61,249 nt of DNA, taken from NCBI GenBank assembly GCA_008373095.1, contig RQOP01000037.1:1-61249 (forward strand). Direction: 5' to 3'. Shown here piece by piece: positions 9,812 to 19,904 of this stretch. Numbering within the stretch: position 1 is the stretch's first letter; each line of letters opens with the position of its first letter. The position numbers and the translations under genes were made by a program. A model generated the notes under the pieces. That model made no database searches, was not told where the DNA came from, and saw only the letters and a program-made list of their open reading frames with translations. The stretch comes from SAR202 cluster bacterium (GTDB lineage: Bacteria > Chloroflexota > Dehalococcoidia > Lucifugimonadales > UBA826).

Positions 9812-11590
9812 CTATGAATCAGAAGTGTAAGTTTCTAATATTTTTTTATCAAGATTTCCTAGTTCACTCTGTAGTGAAATAGAAGGCGGAGATTCGATAT
9901 CCTGCGATTGAATTAAATCTGATCTGTATTGCTGCAATCTGCGCCTTTCAAGACGATTGGCACAACTATTGAAATCTATCAGAATATCCGTGTTGGTGGA
10001 GGGAACAATACTATATTTTTGTATGTTGGAGAATCTTTCCTTCAATACGACATCTAGGGCATCAAACAATGATTCATCTGAATCAAATTCCAACCATTTA
10101 AGATAGATCTCTCGATCTTCGGTTCGGATGAAACATTCTGGGTCGATTTGAATTGCGACTTCTCTCAATTCTGGCCTGTTAAGCATCAAAGATAATGTAT
10201 ATTCATCAAGCTTATAAGTGTTTTCTACTTGATTAGAATTTTCAAATTCAGGTTTTACATCAATCGAAGTGTTTTGGGAACCGGGTCTTCTAGGAACCTG
10301 CTTCAGTGCGGCATTCACCGTTTCTGATGTGGCAGATAGTTGTTCTGCCAGCATACCTACATATTTTTCTGTATCAAAAGGATCAAGCAATCGGAAAATT
10401 GGCGAAAGAGATTCCACCACCCGCCCCTTCCCACCGGGACTATTTATATCAAACCTATCCGACACCACTGGAATTAGATATTCCATCAGTGGCAAGGCGT
10501 TTCTCACCACTTTTTCCCATTCAGATCCATGAGTCCGTATAAAATCATCGGGGTCTTTCCCTTCGGGTAAAGACACAACATTTATTTTGGTAGGATTTCC
10601 TGCAAATAATGGGTCCTGAGACCTTCTACTAGAATCTCCGAAAATTTGCCAAGCAGATTCCAGACTTCGTAGAGTGGCTTCTTGGCCTGCAGCATCTTGG
10701 TCTAATGCTAAAACGAATGTTTTTGCGAGATTTTTCAGCTGCCTAACTTGTTCCGCTGTTAACGCAGTTCCCATACTTGCCACTACATTTTTGTAGCCAT
10801 ATTCATGGGCAGCAATAACATCCATATAGCCTTCAACTATTACTCCCAAATCGGCATCTCTTATTGCCTCTCTAGCCTTATGAAATCCATACAACGTATT
10901 TCTTTTATCAAATACAGTAGTTGCCGAAGTATTTATATATTTCGGCATTGAGTCATCTAATGAACGGGCTCCAAACCCCGCAGGGCGTCCCGACCGATCA
11001 AATATTGGAAACATCAAGCGACCCCAGAAGAAATCTCTGGTGTTCCCATCATCGAGCCTATTGATTAAGCCGCATTCTACCGCCTTCTCAAGGTCTACCT
11101 CATGAAACAGGAGATGCGATTTAAGTGAATCTCGAACACGAGGACTGTACCCAAGATCAAAATCTTCAATAGATTGTTGATTTACTCCTCTAGATTTCAA
11201 ATAGTTTCTAGCTACAATGGCTTCATCTGTCATAAGGGAATCTTTGTAAAAATCCAAGGCAATTTTATTTATCTCAAAATAAGAATCCCTAGATTCGTTT
11301 TTCTTATAACCACGTAATTCAACGCCCGTACGGTGGGCTAACATTCTTAGAGCGTCAGAAAACTCCATGTTTTCAGTTTTCATAACAAAGCTAAAAACAT
11401 CTCCGCCAATCCCACACGAACCAAAACATCTCCAAGATTGTCTTCCAGGATCCACTATAAACGATGGAGTCTTCTCATTATGAAAAGGACAATTAGCTTT
11501 GTAGTTTCGGCCCGCCCGTTGTAACCGAACCTTCTCAGACACAATTTCCACCACGTCCAATCTTGATTTTATGTCGTCTATTTCACTCAT
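9812..11590 (-). CDS. dnaG: DNA primase
   Basis: CPFHNEKTPSF..CFGSC zinc-binding domain, KYINT, EGYMDV and DQDAAG TOPRIM motifs, KDPDD; start reassigned to MSEIDDIK at 11590. Confidence 0.96.
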   Translation of the reverse strand: MSEIDDIKSRLDVVEIVSEKVRLQRAGRNYKANCPFHNEKTPSFIVDPGRQSWRCFGSCGIGGDVFSFVMKTENMEFSDALRMLAHRTGVELRGYKKNESRDSYFEINKIALDFYKDSLMTDEAIVARNYLKSRGVNQQSIEDFDLGYSPRVRDSLKSHLLFHEVDLEKAVECGLINRLDDGNTRDFFWGRLMFPIFDRSGRPAGFGARSLDDSMPKYINTSATTVFDKRNTLYGFHKAREAIRDADLGVIVEGYMDVIAAHEYGYKNVVASMGTALTAEQVRQLKNLAKTFVLALDQDAAGQEATLRSLESAWQIFGDSSRRSQDPLFAGNPTKINVVSLPEGKDPDDFIRTHGSEWEKVVRNALPLMEYLIPVVSDRFDINSPGGKGRVVESLSPIFRLLDPFDTEKYVGMLAEQLSATSETVNAALKQVPRRPGSQNTSIDVKPEFENSNQVENTYKLDEYTLSLMLNRPELREVAIQIDPECFIRTEDREIYLKWLEFDSDESLFDALDVVLKERFSNIQKYSIVPSTNTDILIDFNSCANRLERRRLQQYRSDLIQSQDIESPPSISLQSELGNLDKKILETYTSDS

Positions 11591-11939
11591 TTGGCAAATT
11601 ATTAACAGAATCGGATTGAGAATATGAATACTCAGCAAATGTTTCCAGTGGTTTTTTTATACTATCGATGTGCCAGGACATATGTTGAGCACTGGACAAC
11701 ATATCTACAAAGTCATCACCGATTGAATCCCATTGGTCTGATTCTTCCAGAAATCTGTTGAGTATTTCTCCAAATTCTAATTGAGCTCCCCATAAATCGG
11801 CGACATCGGTACAAAGTCTGGCTAGTTCATCATCATGTTGCTCTTCTGAACCAATAGTTTTTAGCTTAACCAATATTCTATGAGCTAAGCCGGAGCGTCT
11901 TCTTGCCTGCTCCAAATTGGGTTCAAAACTTAATGACAT
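11583..11939 (-). CDS. Hypothetical helical protein (118 aa)
   Basis: Strong GGAAGGAG SD 9 nt before the ATG at 11939; stop overlaps the dnaG start by 8 bp; fills the operon gap; no family recognised. Confidence 0.75.
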   Translation of the reverse strand: MSLSFEPNLEQARRRSGLAHRILVKLKTIGSEEQHDDELARLCTDVADLWGAQLEFGEILNRFLEESDQWDSIGDDFVDMLSSAQHMSWHIDSIKKPLETFAEYSYSQSDSVNNLPNE

Positions 11940-11960
11940 GTAATTCAACTCCTTCCAAAT

Positions 11961-12227
11961 TTAACTTTCAACCGCGCCGTAATGAGTTATGTAACTAACC
12001 CAAGTTTCCCTCATCGCTTCCAAAACTATTTTTTGAGCATCTTCCGACATATCGTTAATATCCGAAAATATTTCCTTCCAGATATTGTCTACTTCGGTTT
12101 TCCACGGAGCATATTCCAAACCATGCGGATCTCTTTGCATAGCCTCCAAATGCTCTTCTATGTGATCGATTTTTCTAAAAACCAATCGCATTTTCAACCT
12201 ATCGATCGGGCTCATTAATTCTGTCAT
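11961..12227 (-). CDS. Hypothetical helical protein (88 aa)
   Basis: Co-oriented ORF filling the gap with amphipathic-helix composition; TGcTATAAT ends 7 nt upstream of the ATG. Confidence 0.7.
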   Translation of the reverse strand: MTELMSPIDRLKMRLVFRKIDHIEEHLEAMQRDPHGLEYAPWKTEVDNIWKEIFSDINDMSEDAQKIVLEAMRETWVSYITHYGAVES

Positions 12228-12234
12228 TTGGAGG

Positions 12235-12243
12235 ATTATAGCA
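12235..12243 (-). promoter_or_regulatory. Perfect extended -10 (TGCTATAAT), predicted leaderless start at the ATG at 12227
   Basis: Minus strand reads TGCTATAAT-cctccaa-ATG with no SD. Confidence 0.65.
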
Positions 12244-12250
12244 ACAGATT

Positions 12251-13330
12251 CTAATTTAACTTGAGAAAAACTTGACCAATTCCAGGTGATAATGACTCTG
12301 CTGACCGAATGGCATAACCATCCGTCATACCGGAAATGTAATCAACTATGGAATGTTCTTTCGATTCACCCAATTCTAAAAATTCTCTGGGGATGAGATC
12401 ATGATTAGCATCTAGGGATTCGTAAAGAAGATTAATAATTGATCGAGCGGCTCTGCCCTCTGTTCCAGAATCTACCGGTAGATAGACCCTCTCAAACATA
12501 AATTCACGAAGACGATTCGTTACATCTCTCATAGCATCGCTCATAGAAATGGTAGGCAATCCTATAGATGAATTTTCATCCAATAATTTAGAAGAGGTAC
12601 TCACTATATCCATGACCATATTATTTATCCGCTGCGAGTGCCTATCCCCCATAGCTTCCTTCACATCTATAGGTAGATCTTCTTCCTTCAGAACCCCCGC
12701 CCTAAAAGCATCGCCCAAATCGTGATTTAGGTAGGCAATAGCATCAGAAATCCTTATTATCTGAGCTTCAAGTCCTAAGCCCTTCACAAGATCTGAAGAC
12801 ATGAAATCTCCCTTCGGTTTGGAGTGATGAAGCATCCCTTCTCTAACCTCTTCTGTGAGGTTCAATCCAAGGCCATTTTTTTCCAATTTTTCAACCAGCC
12901 GAACACTCTGAACATTATGGCGAAACCCTAAAGGGCTTAATTTACCTAATTCATCTTCTCCAATATGACCAAAAGGTGTGTGGCCCATATCGTGGCCTAG
13001 TCCAATAGCTTCAGTCAGATCTTCATTGAGATTCAAGGCTCTCGATATCGTTCTTGCTATCTGAGAAACCTCCAGTGTGTGGGTCAGTCTCGTAACAAAA
13101 TGATCGCCGACTGGGGCTATAAACACTTGGGTTTTATGCTTCATCCTTCGAAAGGCCTTGCAATGAAGGATTCGATCTCGGTCTCTCTGAAATTCTGTTC
13201 TTAGTGGACTAGGTTGTTCCTCCACTTTCCTTCCACGAGAATTCTTTGAACGGCTCGCATAATGGCTTAATCTTTCCTCATCTCCCTCTAGTCGAGCTCT
13301 AACGCTATCGGCTATCAATTTATCCTCCAC
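12251..13330 (-). CDS. dgt: Deoxyguanosinetriphosphate triphosphohydrolase-like protein (HD domain)
   Basis: RTEFQRDRDRILH, KTQVF, TRLTHTLEV, HDMGHTPFGHIGE, DYISGMTD. Confidence 0.92.
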   Translation of the reverse strand: MEDKLIADSVRARLEGDEERLSHYASRSKNSRGRKVEEQPSPLRTEFQRDRDRILHCKAFRRMKHKTQVFIAPVGDHFVTRLTHTLEVSQIARTISRALNLNEDLTEAIGLGHDMGHTPFGHIGEDELGKLSPLGFRHNVQSVRLVEKLEKNGLGLNLTEEVREGMLHHSKPKGDFMSSDLVKGLGLEAQIIRISDAIAYLNHDLGDAFRAGVLKEEDLPIDVKEAMGDRHSQRINNMVMDIVSTSSKLLDENSSIGLPTISMSDAMRDVTNRLREFMFERVYLPVDSGTEGRAARSIINLLYESLDANHDLIPREFLELGESKEHSIVDYISGMTDGYAIRSAESLSPGIGQVFLKLN

Positions 13331-13340
13331 TCTAATTTAT

Positions 13341-14321
13341 TCACACGGAATCAAAATTTTTCACCACCGCCTGCGGAGCTTCTCCATTTCTTATTCTTTC
13401 CATGTTTTCAAACCCAAAATTAGCGCGTCTGGCCCAAGTATCCCAAGTTGTACCAGCCATATGTGGAGTGGCCACGACATTATCCATTTTCAAAAGGGGA
13501 TTGTCCGGTGAAACCGGTTCTTTTTCAAACACATCTAAGCCAGCAGCGGCAATCACCCCGCTCTGCAAAGCACTGATTAAAGCTTCTTCGTCAACTACCG
13601 GTCCCCGCGAAGTATTTATTAAAATGGCTGTCGGTTTCATCAATGAAAGAGTATTCGAATTAACTATGTGCTTCGTGTCATTTGTAAGAGGAGTATGGCA
13701 TGAAATGATGTCAGAGGTACTAAAAAGCTCCTCCAATGATACATAGGTAACATTCAGTTCCTCGGCTGTTCTTTCGTCAAGAGGATATAGATCAAAATAT
13801 TGAACCTTAGCGTCAAACCCTTGAACCCTCTTAGCAACCTGTCGGCCTATGTTGCCTATACCTAATATTCCTACTTTCTTATCCGCCATTTCAAATGTAT
13901 TTTGCCCAGTTATAGGCTCGGCCCAACGGCCTTCTCTCGTGGAATTGTCACTTGCTAAAAGCTGCTTGTATATGGCAAGCATGAGAAGAACAGCCTGGTC
14001 GGCAACGGCCCAAGAATTGGCCCCACCATTATTGGCACAAGGAATTTCGAGTTCCGCAAGTAGATCAAGATTCATACGGTCATATCCTGCTGCCAAAAGC
14101 TGTACGAGGCGACATTTTTCAAGAGATTTTATTACTTCATCTGAAGGATCTTGCCCGTAACACAACAAAAAATCGGCATCCCGAACTTCATTAATCCGTT
14201 GCTCTTCCGTCGATGATTTATCGAGTACCACAACTTCATAATCAGGTGGGCTATATGACACCACCTCTTCTATCAACGCTTCTTTAAGACCCGTTAAAAA
14301 AACTACTTTTGTTGAAGCCAT
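13341..14321 (-). CDS. D-isomer-specific 2-hydroxyacid dehydrogenase
   Basis: GIGNIG, HTPLT..T, INTSRG, GLDVFEKEP, TPHMAG. Confidence 0.92.
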   Translation of the reverse strand: MASTKVVFLTGLKEALIEEVVSYSPPDYEVVVLDKSSTEEQRINEVRDADFLLCYGQDPSDEVIKSLEKCRLVQLLAAGYDRMNLDLLAELEIPCANNGGANSWAVADQAVLLMLAIYKQLLASDNSTREGRWAEPITGQNTFEMADKKVGILGIGNIGRQVAKRVQGFDAKVQYFDLYPLDERTAEELNVTYVSLEELFSTSDIISCHTPLTNDTKHIVNSNTLSLMKPTAILINTSRGPVVDEEALISALQSGVIAAAGLDVFEKEPVSPDNPLLKMDNVVATPHMAGTTWDTWARRANFGFENMERIRNGEAPQAVVKNFDSV

Positions 14322-14345
14322 ACTATTTTCCTTGAATTGATCTAA

Positions 14346-15038
14346 TTAGCCACCATATCTTTGGCGGAGTATATCTTTTAGCTTTTCTGGTGAGAAATCC
14401 TGTGCTTTGCAAACATCTATAATTTCTTTTTCGCCTGCCTCCACTTTAGCAATGGCTGTAGGTAAATCTTTCACAATATCTTTCGGAATACTGATTACAC
14501 CATGCTTATCGCCAAGCAGAAGATCTCCTGGGTTCACAGTAACTCCACCAACGGTAACAGGTATATTCGCCTCAACCAGATGTACATTGGCTCTTGAAAC
14601 CAAAGCTGTAGTTGCAAAGGCATTAAAACCCCATTCCTGCATTTCATCCAAATCCCGCACTCCCCCATCCGTAACAACACCAACACAATCTAAAGAGCTA
14701 AATATTGCACTTTGAACCTCACCCCAAAATGATCCAATGACATTTGGGTGATCTAAATCTTTCATCACCATTACTCTAGGACCAGGAATTTTCAGTATCT
14801 CATCAACCATTTGAACTCTGGAATAATTCATATTTTCTGAAGGCGGTGTCGATGCTTTGATTACCGCTGTCACAGCAAAGCCTGCCATAGTCCCCATGTC
14901 AGGAAACATACTTTTTATATTTGGGGTCATGAATCCTTCGGTCCTGGATCGAATATTAAAACCTTCAATAGCATTGGAAACGGCACAAGTTTGCAAATTG
15001 GCAACAGAATCAAATTCACTTTGCGTTAGTTCAGACAC
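14346..15038 (-). CDS. RraA/HMG-aldolase family protein
   Basis: FWGEV, VTDGGVRDLDE, VNPGDLLLGDKHGV. Confidence 0.85.
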   Translation of the reverse strand: MSELTQSEFDSVANLQTCAVSNAIEGFNIRSRTEGFMTPNIKSMFPDMGTMAGFAVTAVIKASTPPSENMNYSRVQMVDEILKIPGPRVMVMKDLDHPNVIGSFWGEVQSAIFSSLDCVGVVTDGGVRDLDEMQEWGFNAFATTALVSRANVHLVEANIPVTVGGVTVNPGDLLLGDKHGVISIPKDIVKDLPTAIAKVEAGEKEIIDVCKAQDFSPEKLKDILRQRYGG

Positions 15039-15178
15039 TTTTCAACTCCCGTTTTTGCTAATCATTTTTCATTTAATAAAGGGTAGAAACACACCCGAAT
15101 GATAACAGACAACCATAGACATCAGTTAATCAAAAAAGCCACCCAAATCTACACCTCTATTCTATTCAAACTGCGATA

Positions 15179-15206
15179 TTGACCGAGTGGCATCTAAGTC
15201 TATAAT
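15179..15206 (+). promoter_or_regulatory. Sigma-70 promoter TTGACC-N16-TATAAT for the garR-like gene
   Basis: Near-consensus -35 (15179-15184) and perfect -10 (15201-15206); AAGGAG SD before the ATG at 15300. Confidence 0.6.
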
Positions 15207-15299
15207 TGGGTTGTGATTCAACTAAATTGAACACAGGCTAGAAAACACTAATTTTAATTCTGTTTTTGTAAATCAGAACATAGACAAGGAGACGTAAAA

Positions 15300-16193
15300 A
15301 TGGCCCGAGGTGAAATAGGTTTTGTTGGATTAGGAATAATGGGGAAACCCATGGTAAGAAATTTGTTAAAAGCAGATTATGCAGTAACAGTTTACGACAT
15401 AGTTGCTGAGGCAGTTGAGGAAATGGCAACTGAGGGGGCAACCCCCGCCTCATCTGCAGCGGAAGTCGCATCCAAAAATTCGATTGTAATCACTATGGTC
15501 CCAGACTCGCCTCAGTCGGAAGCTGCAATTCTAGGTCCAGGTGGAGTATTAGAAGGTGCCTCACAAGGCGATACCGTAATAGATATGAGCTCCATTGCTC
15601 CTGCATCTTCAAAAAAGATAGGAGGATCATGTGACGCTGCCGGAATAAATTTTTTGGATGCTCCCGTGAGTGGTGGAGAAACTGGTGCCATTGAAGGCAC
15701 ATTGGCCGTGATGGTAGGAGGAGACAAAGAAGTTTTTGAAAAAAATTATGACCTGCTAACAGCGATGTCAGGCAGCATTGTTCTCTGCGGAGGACATGGT
15801 GCAGGAAACACTACAAAACTCGCAAACCAAATCATAGTGGCTGGAAATATAGCTGCTCTGGGAGAAGCTCTGGTCCTCGCTAAAAAGTCCGGAATAGATC
15901 CAAAGGTTGTGTTTGAAGCCATAAAGGGTGGGCTAGCAGGCAGTACAGTAATGAATACCAAAGGCCCAATGATGTTAGAGGGGAATTTCGACCCAGGCTT
16001 TCGAATAGTTCTTCATCAGAAAGATCTGCATAACGCAATATTGACAGGAAAAGATGTCGGAGTACCTTTAATGGTGACAGGAATGGTACAGCAGATCTTA
16101 GGGTCTCTAATAAACGACGGAAAAGGAAATGCGGATCACTCAGCCATCGCTAATTTTATGGAAGATATGGCGGGTGTGACCATAGCAGACTGA
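15300..16193 (+). CDS. garR: 2-hydroxy-3-oxopropionate (tartronate semialdehyde) reductase, GarR-like
   Basis: IGFVGLGIMGKPM, DMSSIAP, LDAPVSGGE, TKLANQ, GGLAGS, PGFRI..HQKDL, DHSA. Confidence 0.75.
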   Translation: MARGEIGFVGLGIMGKPMVRNLLKADYAVTVYDIVAEAVEEMATEGATPASSAAEVASKNSIVITMVPDSPQSEAAILGPGGVLEGASQGDTVIDMSSIAPASSKKIGGSCDAAGINFLDAPVSGGETGAIEGTLAVMVGGDKEVFEKNYDLLTAMSGSIVLCGGHGAGNTTKLANQIIVAGNIAALGEALVLAKKSGIDPKVVFEAIKGGLAGSTVMNTKGPMMLEGNFDPGFRIVLHQKDLHNAILTGKDVGVPLMVTGMVQQILGSLINDGKGNADHSAIANFMEDMAGVTIAD

Positions 16194-16236
16194 TAGATTT
16201 TCATTTTTCCAAAATTCCGAAAAGGAGCCATATAGG

Positions 16237-17151
16237 ATGTCCGGCAGAAATATACCGTCAAAGTCAGAGGTGGATTCTTATCTTAAAGATACTAATTGGG
16301 GTAGGTGGGGCGACAAGAGTTCTGCCGGAGCCATAAATTTAATAACTAGAGAAAAACGTCTTGAGGCAATTTCCCTCGTTAGAAACGGCCGGGCGGTATC
16401 ACTCAGTAGGCCTTTGCCTGTTACCCCTGCAGGTGACAACCCAAGACCCGCCCAACACTATATGCACAAAGAAGAGAGACCTTTCAACGGTGGCGCAGCC
16501 ATGGATTACTACGGGGTTTTCTACCATGGGACCGCCACTACACACATAGATGCTTTATGCCACGTATGGAATGAAGACGGGATGTGGGAAGGCAAAACCC
16601 ACGATGAAGTGATCAAATTTGGCGGTGCGAATTTTGGGACGGTGGATGAGTGGAAAGAAGGCATTTTAACTCGTGGGGTCCTTTTGGATGTACCCAAACA
16701 TAGAAGAAAGCCATACGTGACCTTGGACGAACCAGTCCATGGTTGGGAATTGGAAGATATAGCGAAAGAGCAAGGAGTCGAAATCAGACCAGGCGACGCA
16801 GTCTTTGTTTACAGCGGGCGTGATATTTATGCCTCAGATAATGGTGGGAGATGGGGCACTCCAGAAGGAAGACCAGGGCTACACGCTTCATGCCTCCCAT
16901 TCGTCAAAAACAATGATATTTCGATACTAGGTTGGGACATGATGGATGCCTCCCCCAACGAATATGAGGTTCCCTGGACGGTACACGGTGTTATTTTTGC
17001 ATACGGCGTAGCATTGGTGGACAACGCTTTCCTCGAACCACTTTCCGAAGCATGTGCAGAAGAAGAGAGTTATGAATTCATGCTGACTATAAATCCCTTG
17101 TACGTACAAGGCGGTACAGGCTCTCCCGCAAACCCTATAGCAGTCTTCTAA
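16237..17151 (+). CDS. Cyclase-family (kynurenine formamidase-like) metal hydrolase
   Basis: NWGRWG, HGTATTHIDALCH metal motif, TRGVLLDVP, GGTGSPANPIAVF. Confidence 0.85.
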   Translation: MSGRNIPSKSEVDSYLKDTNWGRWGDKSSAGAINLITREKRLEAISLVRNGRAVSLSRPLPVTPAGDNPRPAQHYMHKEERPFNGGAAMDYYGVFYHGTATTHIDALCHVWNEDGMWEGKTHDEVIKFGGANFGTVDEWKEGILTRGVLLDVPKHRRKPYVTLDEPVHGWELEDIAKEQGVEIRPGDAVFVYSGRDIYASDNGGRWGTPEGRPGLHASCLPFVKNNDISILGWDMMDASPNEYEVPWTVHGVIFAYGVALVDNAFLEPLSEACAEEESYEFMLTINPLYVQGGTGSPANPIAVF

Positions 17152-17166
17152 CTTTTAACCGATCAA

Positions 17167-17214
17167 TGCTGAGAGGGTCAAAGCGAATTCATTCAACCGA
17201 CCCTCTAAACAGCA
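17167..17214. terminator. Hairpin between convergent cyclase and gyrA genes (possible bidirectional terminator)
   Basis: AGAGGGTC (17172-17179) pairs with GACCCTCT (17199-17206); flanking TGCTG/CAGCA extend the stem; no clear U-tract. Confidence 0.45.
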
Positions 17215-17217
17215 GTC

Positions 17218-19749
17218 CTATTTCTTGGATTTTGGTTTTTTACCATTTTTTGATGGCTTCGATTTAGCATCTTTTGAATCCTCTTCCTCATCTTCTATTT
17301 CAAAATCCCCCACACATGCAATTGACGACACGGAGTCACCTGATCTAGGTTTGAATATTGTTACTCCTTGAGTTATTCGCCCAGTGAGACTCCTTATTTC
17401 ACTCAAATCTGTTCTCATAACCTGAGCCTTCTCAGAGACCAAGTACACTTCGTTAGTTTCGTCCACTATTTGAGCGTCTGCTATCAAGCCAGTATTTTTT
17501 GTTATTTTGAAGGCACGCAGCCCTAAACCACCCCGTCCTTGACGCCTATATTCACTAAGAGGATTTACTTTACCTCGCCCTAATTTGCTCACGACCAACA
17601 ACTTACTTTCATCATTGCCAACATCCATCGATACCACCCTATCCCCTGTTCTCAGTGACATTCCCTTCACACCCCCAGCGGTTCGGCGCCGTATTGGCAA
17701 GTCATCTACGGAGAATCTTATTCCCATTCCTTGCTCAGATATGAAAATTATGTCATCTTTGGACTTGGCCAACTTTACAGAAACAAGTTCATCATCACCT
17801 TTTAGGTTCATAATTATTAAACCCGAAGGTCGAATATGTTCTACGTCATCCAAATTAATCCGCTTTACTCGGCCCTGCTTGGTCCCTAATACTAGGTATT
17901 CATATTCTTCGTACTGTTTCTTGCCAACACTTATCAAGGCACTTATGCTTTCTGTGTCCCATACATTTATTATGTTGGCAACTGGTACACCTCTAGTATT
18001 CCTACTTTGGTCAGCCCTTAATTCATAACCAATTTTGGATAAAACACGGCCCTTATTGGTGAAAAACATTAACTTGTCATGGCTATCCACAACCATTAGC
18101 TCTTTTACCGGGTCATCATCTCTGGTGTTCATCCCTGAAACACCTCTACCGCCTCGGTGTTGACGCCTGAACGTATTGGATTGAATACGTTTTAAATACC
18201 CACCCTGGCTTAATGTAATAACAATCTGTTCATGAGCCTCTAACTCCTCACGGCTGAGATCGTAAGCATCATGACTAATGGTGGTCCTTCTTTTATCACC
18301 ATATTTACTTTTGACTTCCTCGGTTTCCTCTTTAACGACGCCCAATATCTTACCTTCATCACCAAGAAGTTCCTGAAGCCCCCTAATTGTCTCTTGAAGT
18401 TCTTGGTATTCCTGTTCTAACTTCTCTCTCTCCAGGGCCGCCAAACGCCTCAATTGCATATCCAAAATCGCTTGGGCCTGAGGTTGATCCAGATCGAAGG
18501 TTGACATTAATCCAGTTCTAGCATTCTCCACATCCTGTGAATTACGGATGAGTTTAATAACTTCATCTAGATTACTTATCGCGATACGGAGACCAGCCAA
18601 AATGTGGGCTCTTTCCTCAGCTTTTTTTAATTCAAATTCAGACCTTCTCCTAACAACTTGCTGCCTAAATTTTATATATTGCTGTAATGCTATTTTAAGA
18701 GTTATAACTCTAGGTATATCGTCAATGAGAGCTAGCATATTAGCGGAGAATGAAGATTGAAGAGGCGTTTGTTTGTACAAATTATTTAGGACTACCTGAG
18801 GCTGCACTCCACCCCTCAGCTCTATGACAATGCGCATACCGTCCCGGTCCGATTCATCCCGTACCTCTGAAACACCTTCGATCCTACGATTTTTCGTTAA
18901 CGTTGCTATTTTTTCGACTAGCGCGGCTTTATTAACCTGATATGGAAGCTCGGTCACGACTATTTGCATTCTACTTGCATTCCTCGGCATCTCTTCGACT
19001 TCCGCGACAGCCCTAACAACGATTTGACCTTTCCCAGTTGTGTAGGCTTCCCTTGCACCGCTAGTGCCCATTATGGTCCCCCCTGTGGGGAAATCCGGCG
19101 CTCTTACATACTTCATAAGGTCTTCCGATGTGGCATCGGGATTATCAATCAGAGCATTAACCGCATTGCAAACCTCTCGCAAATTATGAGGGGGTATATT
19201 GGTGGCCATGCCTACGGCAATACCAGAAGCGCCATTGACTAAAAGGTTCGGCAATCTAGCAGGCAGAACAACAGGTTCCCTTAAGGTATCGTCAAAATTT
19301 AATGACCAATCAACCGTTTCCTGGTCAAGGTTAGCCAGCATCACTTCTGACACAGGACTTAATCTAGCCTCTGTGTATCGCATGGCAGCGGGAGGGTCGT
19401 TATCAATGCTACCAAAATTACCTTGCCCATCAACTAAAGGCATTCTGACAGTAAAATCCTGTGCCAACCTCACCATAGCCTCATACACAGCCAAGTCACC
19501 ATGAGGATGCCATTTACCTAAAACTTCACCCACTAGCCTGGCACTCTTTTTGTAACCTGACCCCGGCCTCATACCCAGGTCTTGCATAGCGTACAAAATA
19601 CGTCTTTGCACAGGTTTCAAACCATCTCTTGCATCAGGCAATGCTCTCGATACAATCACACTCATTGCGTAATCAAGATAAGAGCTTCTCATCTCTTCAA
19701 CTATCGAGGTAGGTTTTATAAATCCAAATTCAGATTTACTTGATGTCAT
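17218..19749 (-). CDS. gyrA: DNA gyrase subunit A
   Basis: [21 protein letters not shown], catalytic AAMRYTE, GyrA-box QHRGGRG, C-terminal beta-pinwheel repeats. Confidence 0.96.
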   Translation of the reverse strand: MTSSKSEFGFIKPTSIVEEMRSSYLDYAMSVIVSRALPDARDGLKPVQRRILYAMQDLGMRPGSGYKKSARLVGEVLGKWHPHGDLAVYEAMVRLAQDFTVRMPLVDGQGNFGSIDNDPPAAMRYTEARLSPVSEVMLANLDQETVDWSLNFDDTLREPVVLPARLPNLLVNGASGIAVGMATNIPPHNLREVCNAVNALIDNPDATSEDLMKYVRAPDFPTGGTIMGTSGAREAYTTGKGQIVVRAVAEVEEMPRNASRMQIVVTELPYQVNKAALVEKIATLTKNRRIEGVSEVRDESDRDGMRIVIELRGGVQPQVVLNNLYKQTPLQSSFSANMLALIDDIPRVITLKIALQQYIKFRQQVVRRRSEFELKKAEERAHILAGLRIAISNLDEVIKLIRNSQDVENARTGLMSTFDLDQPQAQAILDMQLRRLAALEREKLEQEYQELQETIRGLQELLGDEGKILGVVKEETEEVKSKYGDKRRTTISHDAYDLSREELEAHEQIVITLSQGGYLKRIQSNTFRRQHRGGRGVSGMNTRDDDPVKELMVVDSHDKLMFFTNKGRVLSKIGYELRADQSRNTRGVPVANIINVWDTESISALISVGKKQYEEYEYLVLGTKQGRVKRINLDDVEHIRPSGLIIMNLKGDDELVSVKLAKSKDDIIFISEQGMGIRFSVDDLPIRRRTAGGVKGMSLRTGDRVVSMDVGNDESKLLVVSKLGRGKVNPLSEYRRQGRGGLGLRAFKITKNTGLIADAQIVDETNEVYLVSEKAQVMRTDLSEIRSLTGRITQGVTIFKPRSGDSVSSIACVGDFEIEDEEEDSKDAKSKPSKNGKKPKSKK

Positions 19750-19861
19750 AGTCTTTTACTCCAATCAAAAAAGAGTCACATGGACGAATAGATAACTAGG
19801 TTTCAGTCCCTGCAAAACAGAAAGCATACGAAGGTAAATATCGTAATTCCCGATAGTCACA

Positions 19862-19870
19862 ATTATAGCA
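19862..19870 (-). promoter_or_regulatory. Perfect extended -10 (TGCTATAAT) for gyrA
   Basis: About 112 nt upstream of the gyrA ATG; GGAG SD near the start. Confidence 0.6.
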
Positions 19871-19904
19871 CAAAAAGTAGTGGTTTTATGACTATTGAAC
19901 CCCT

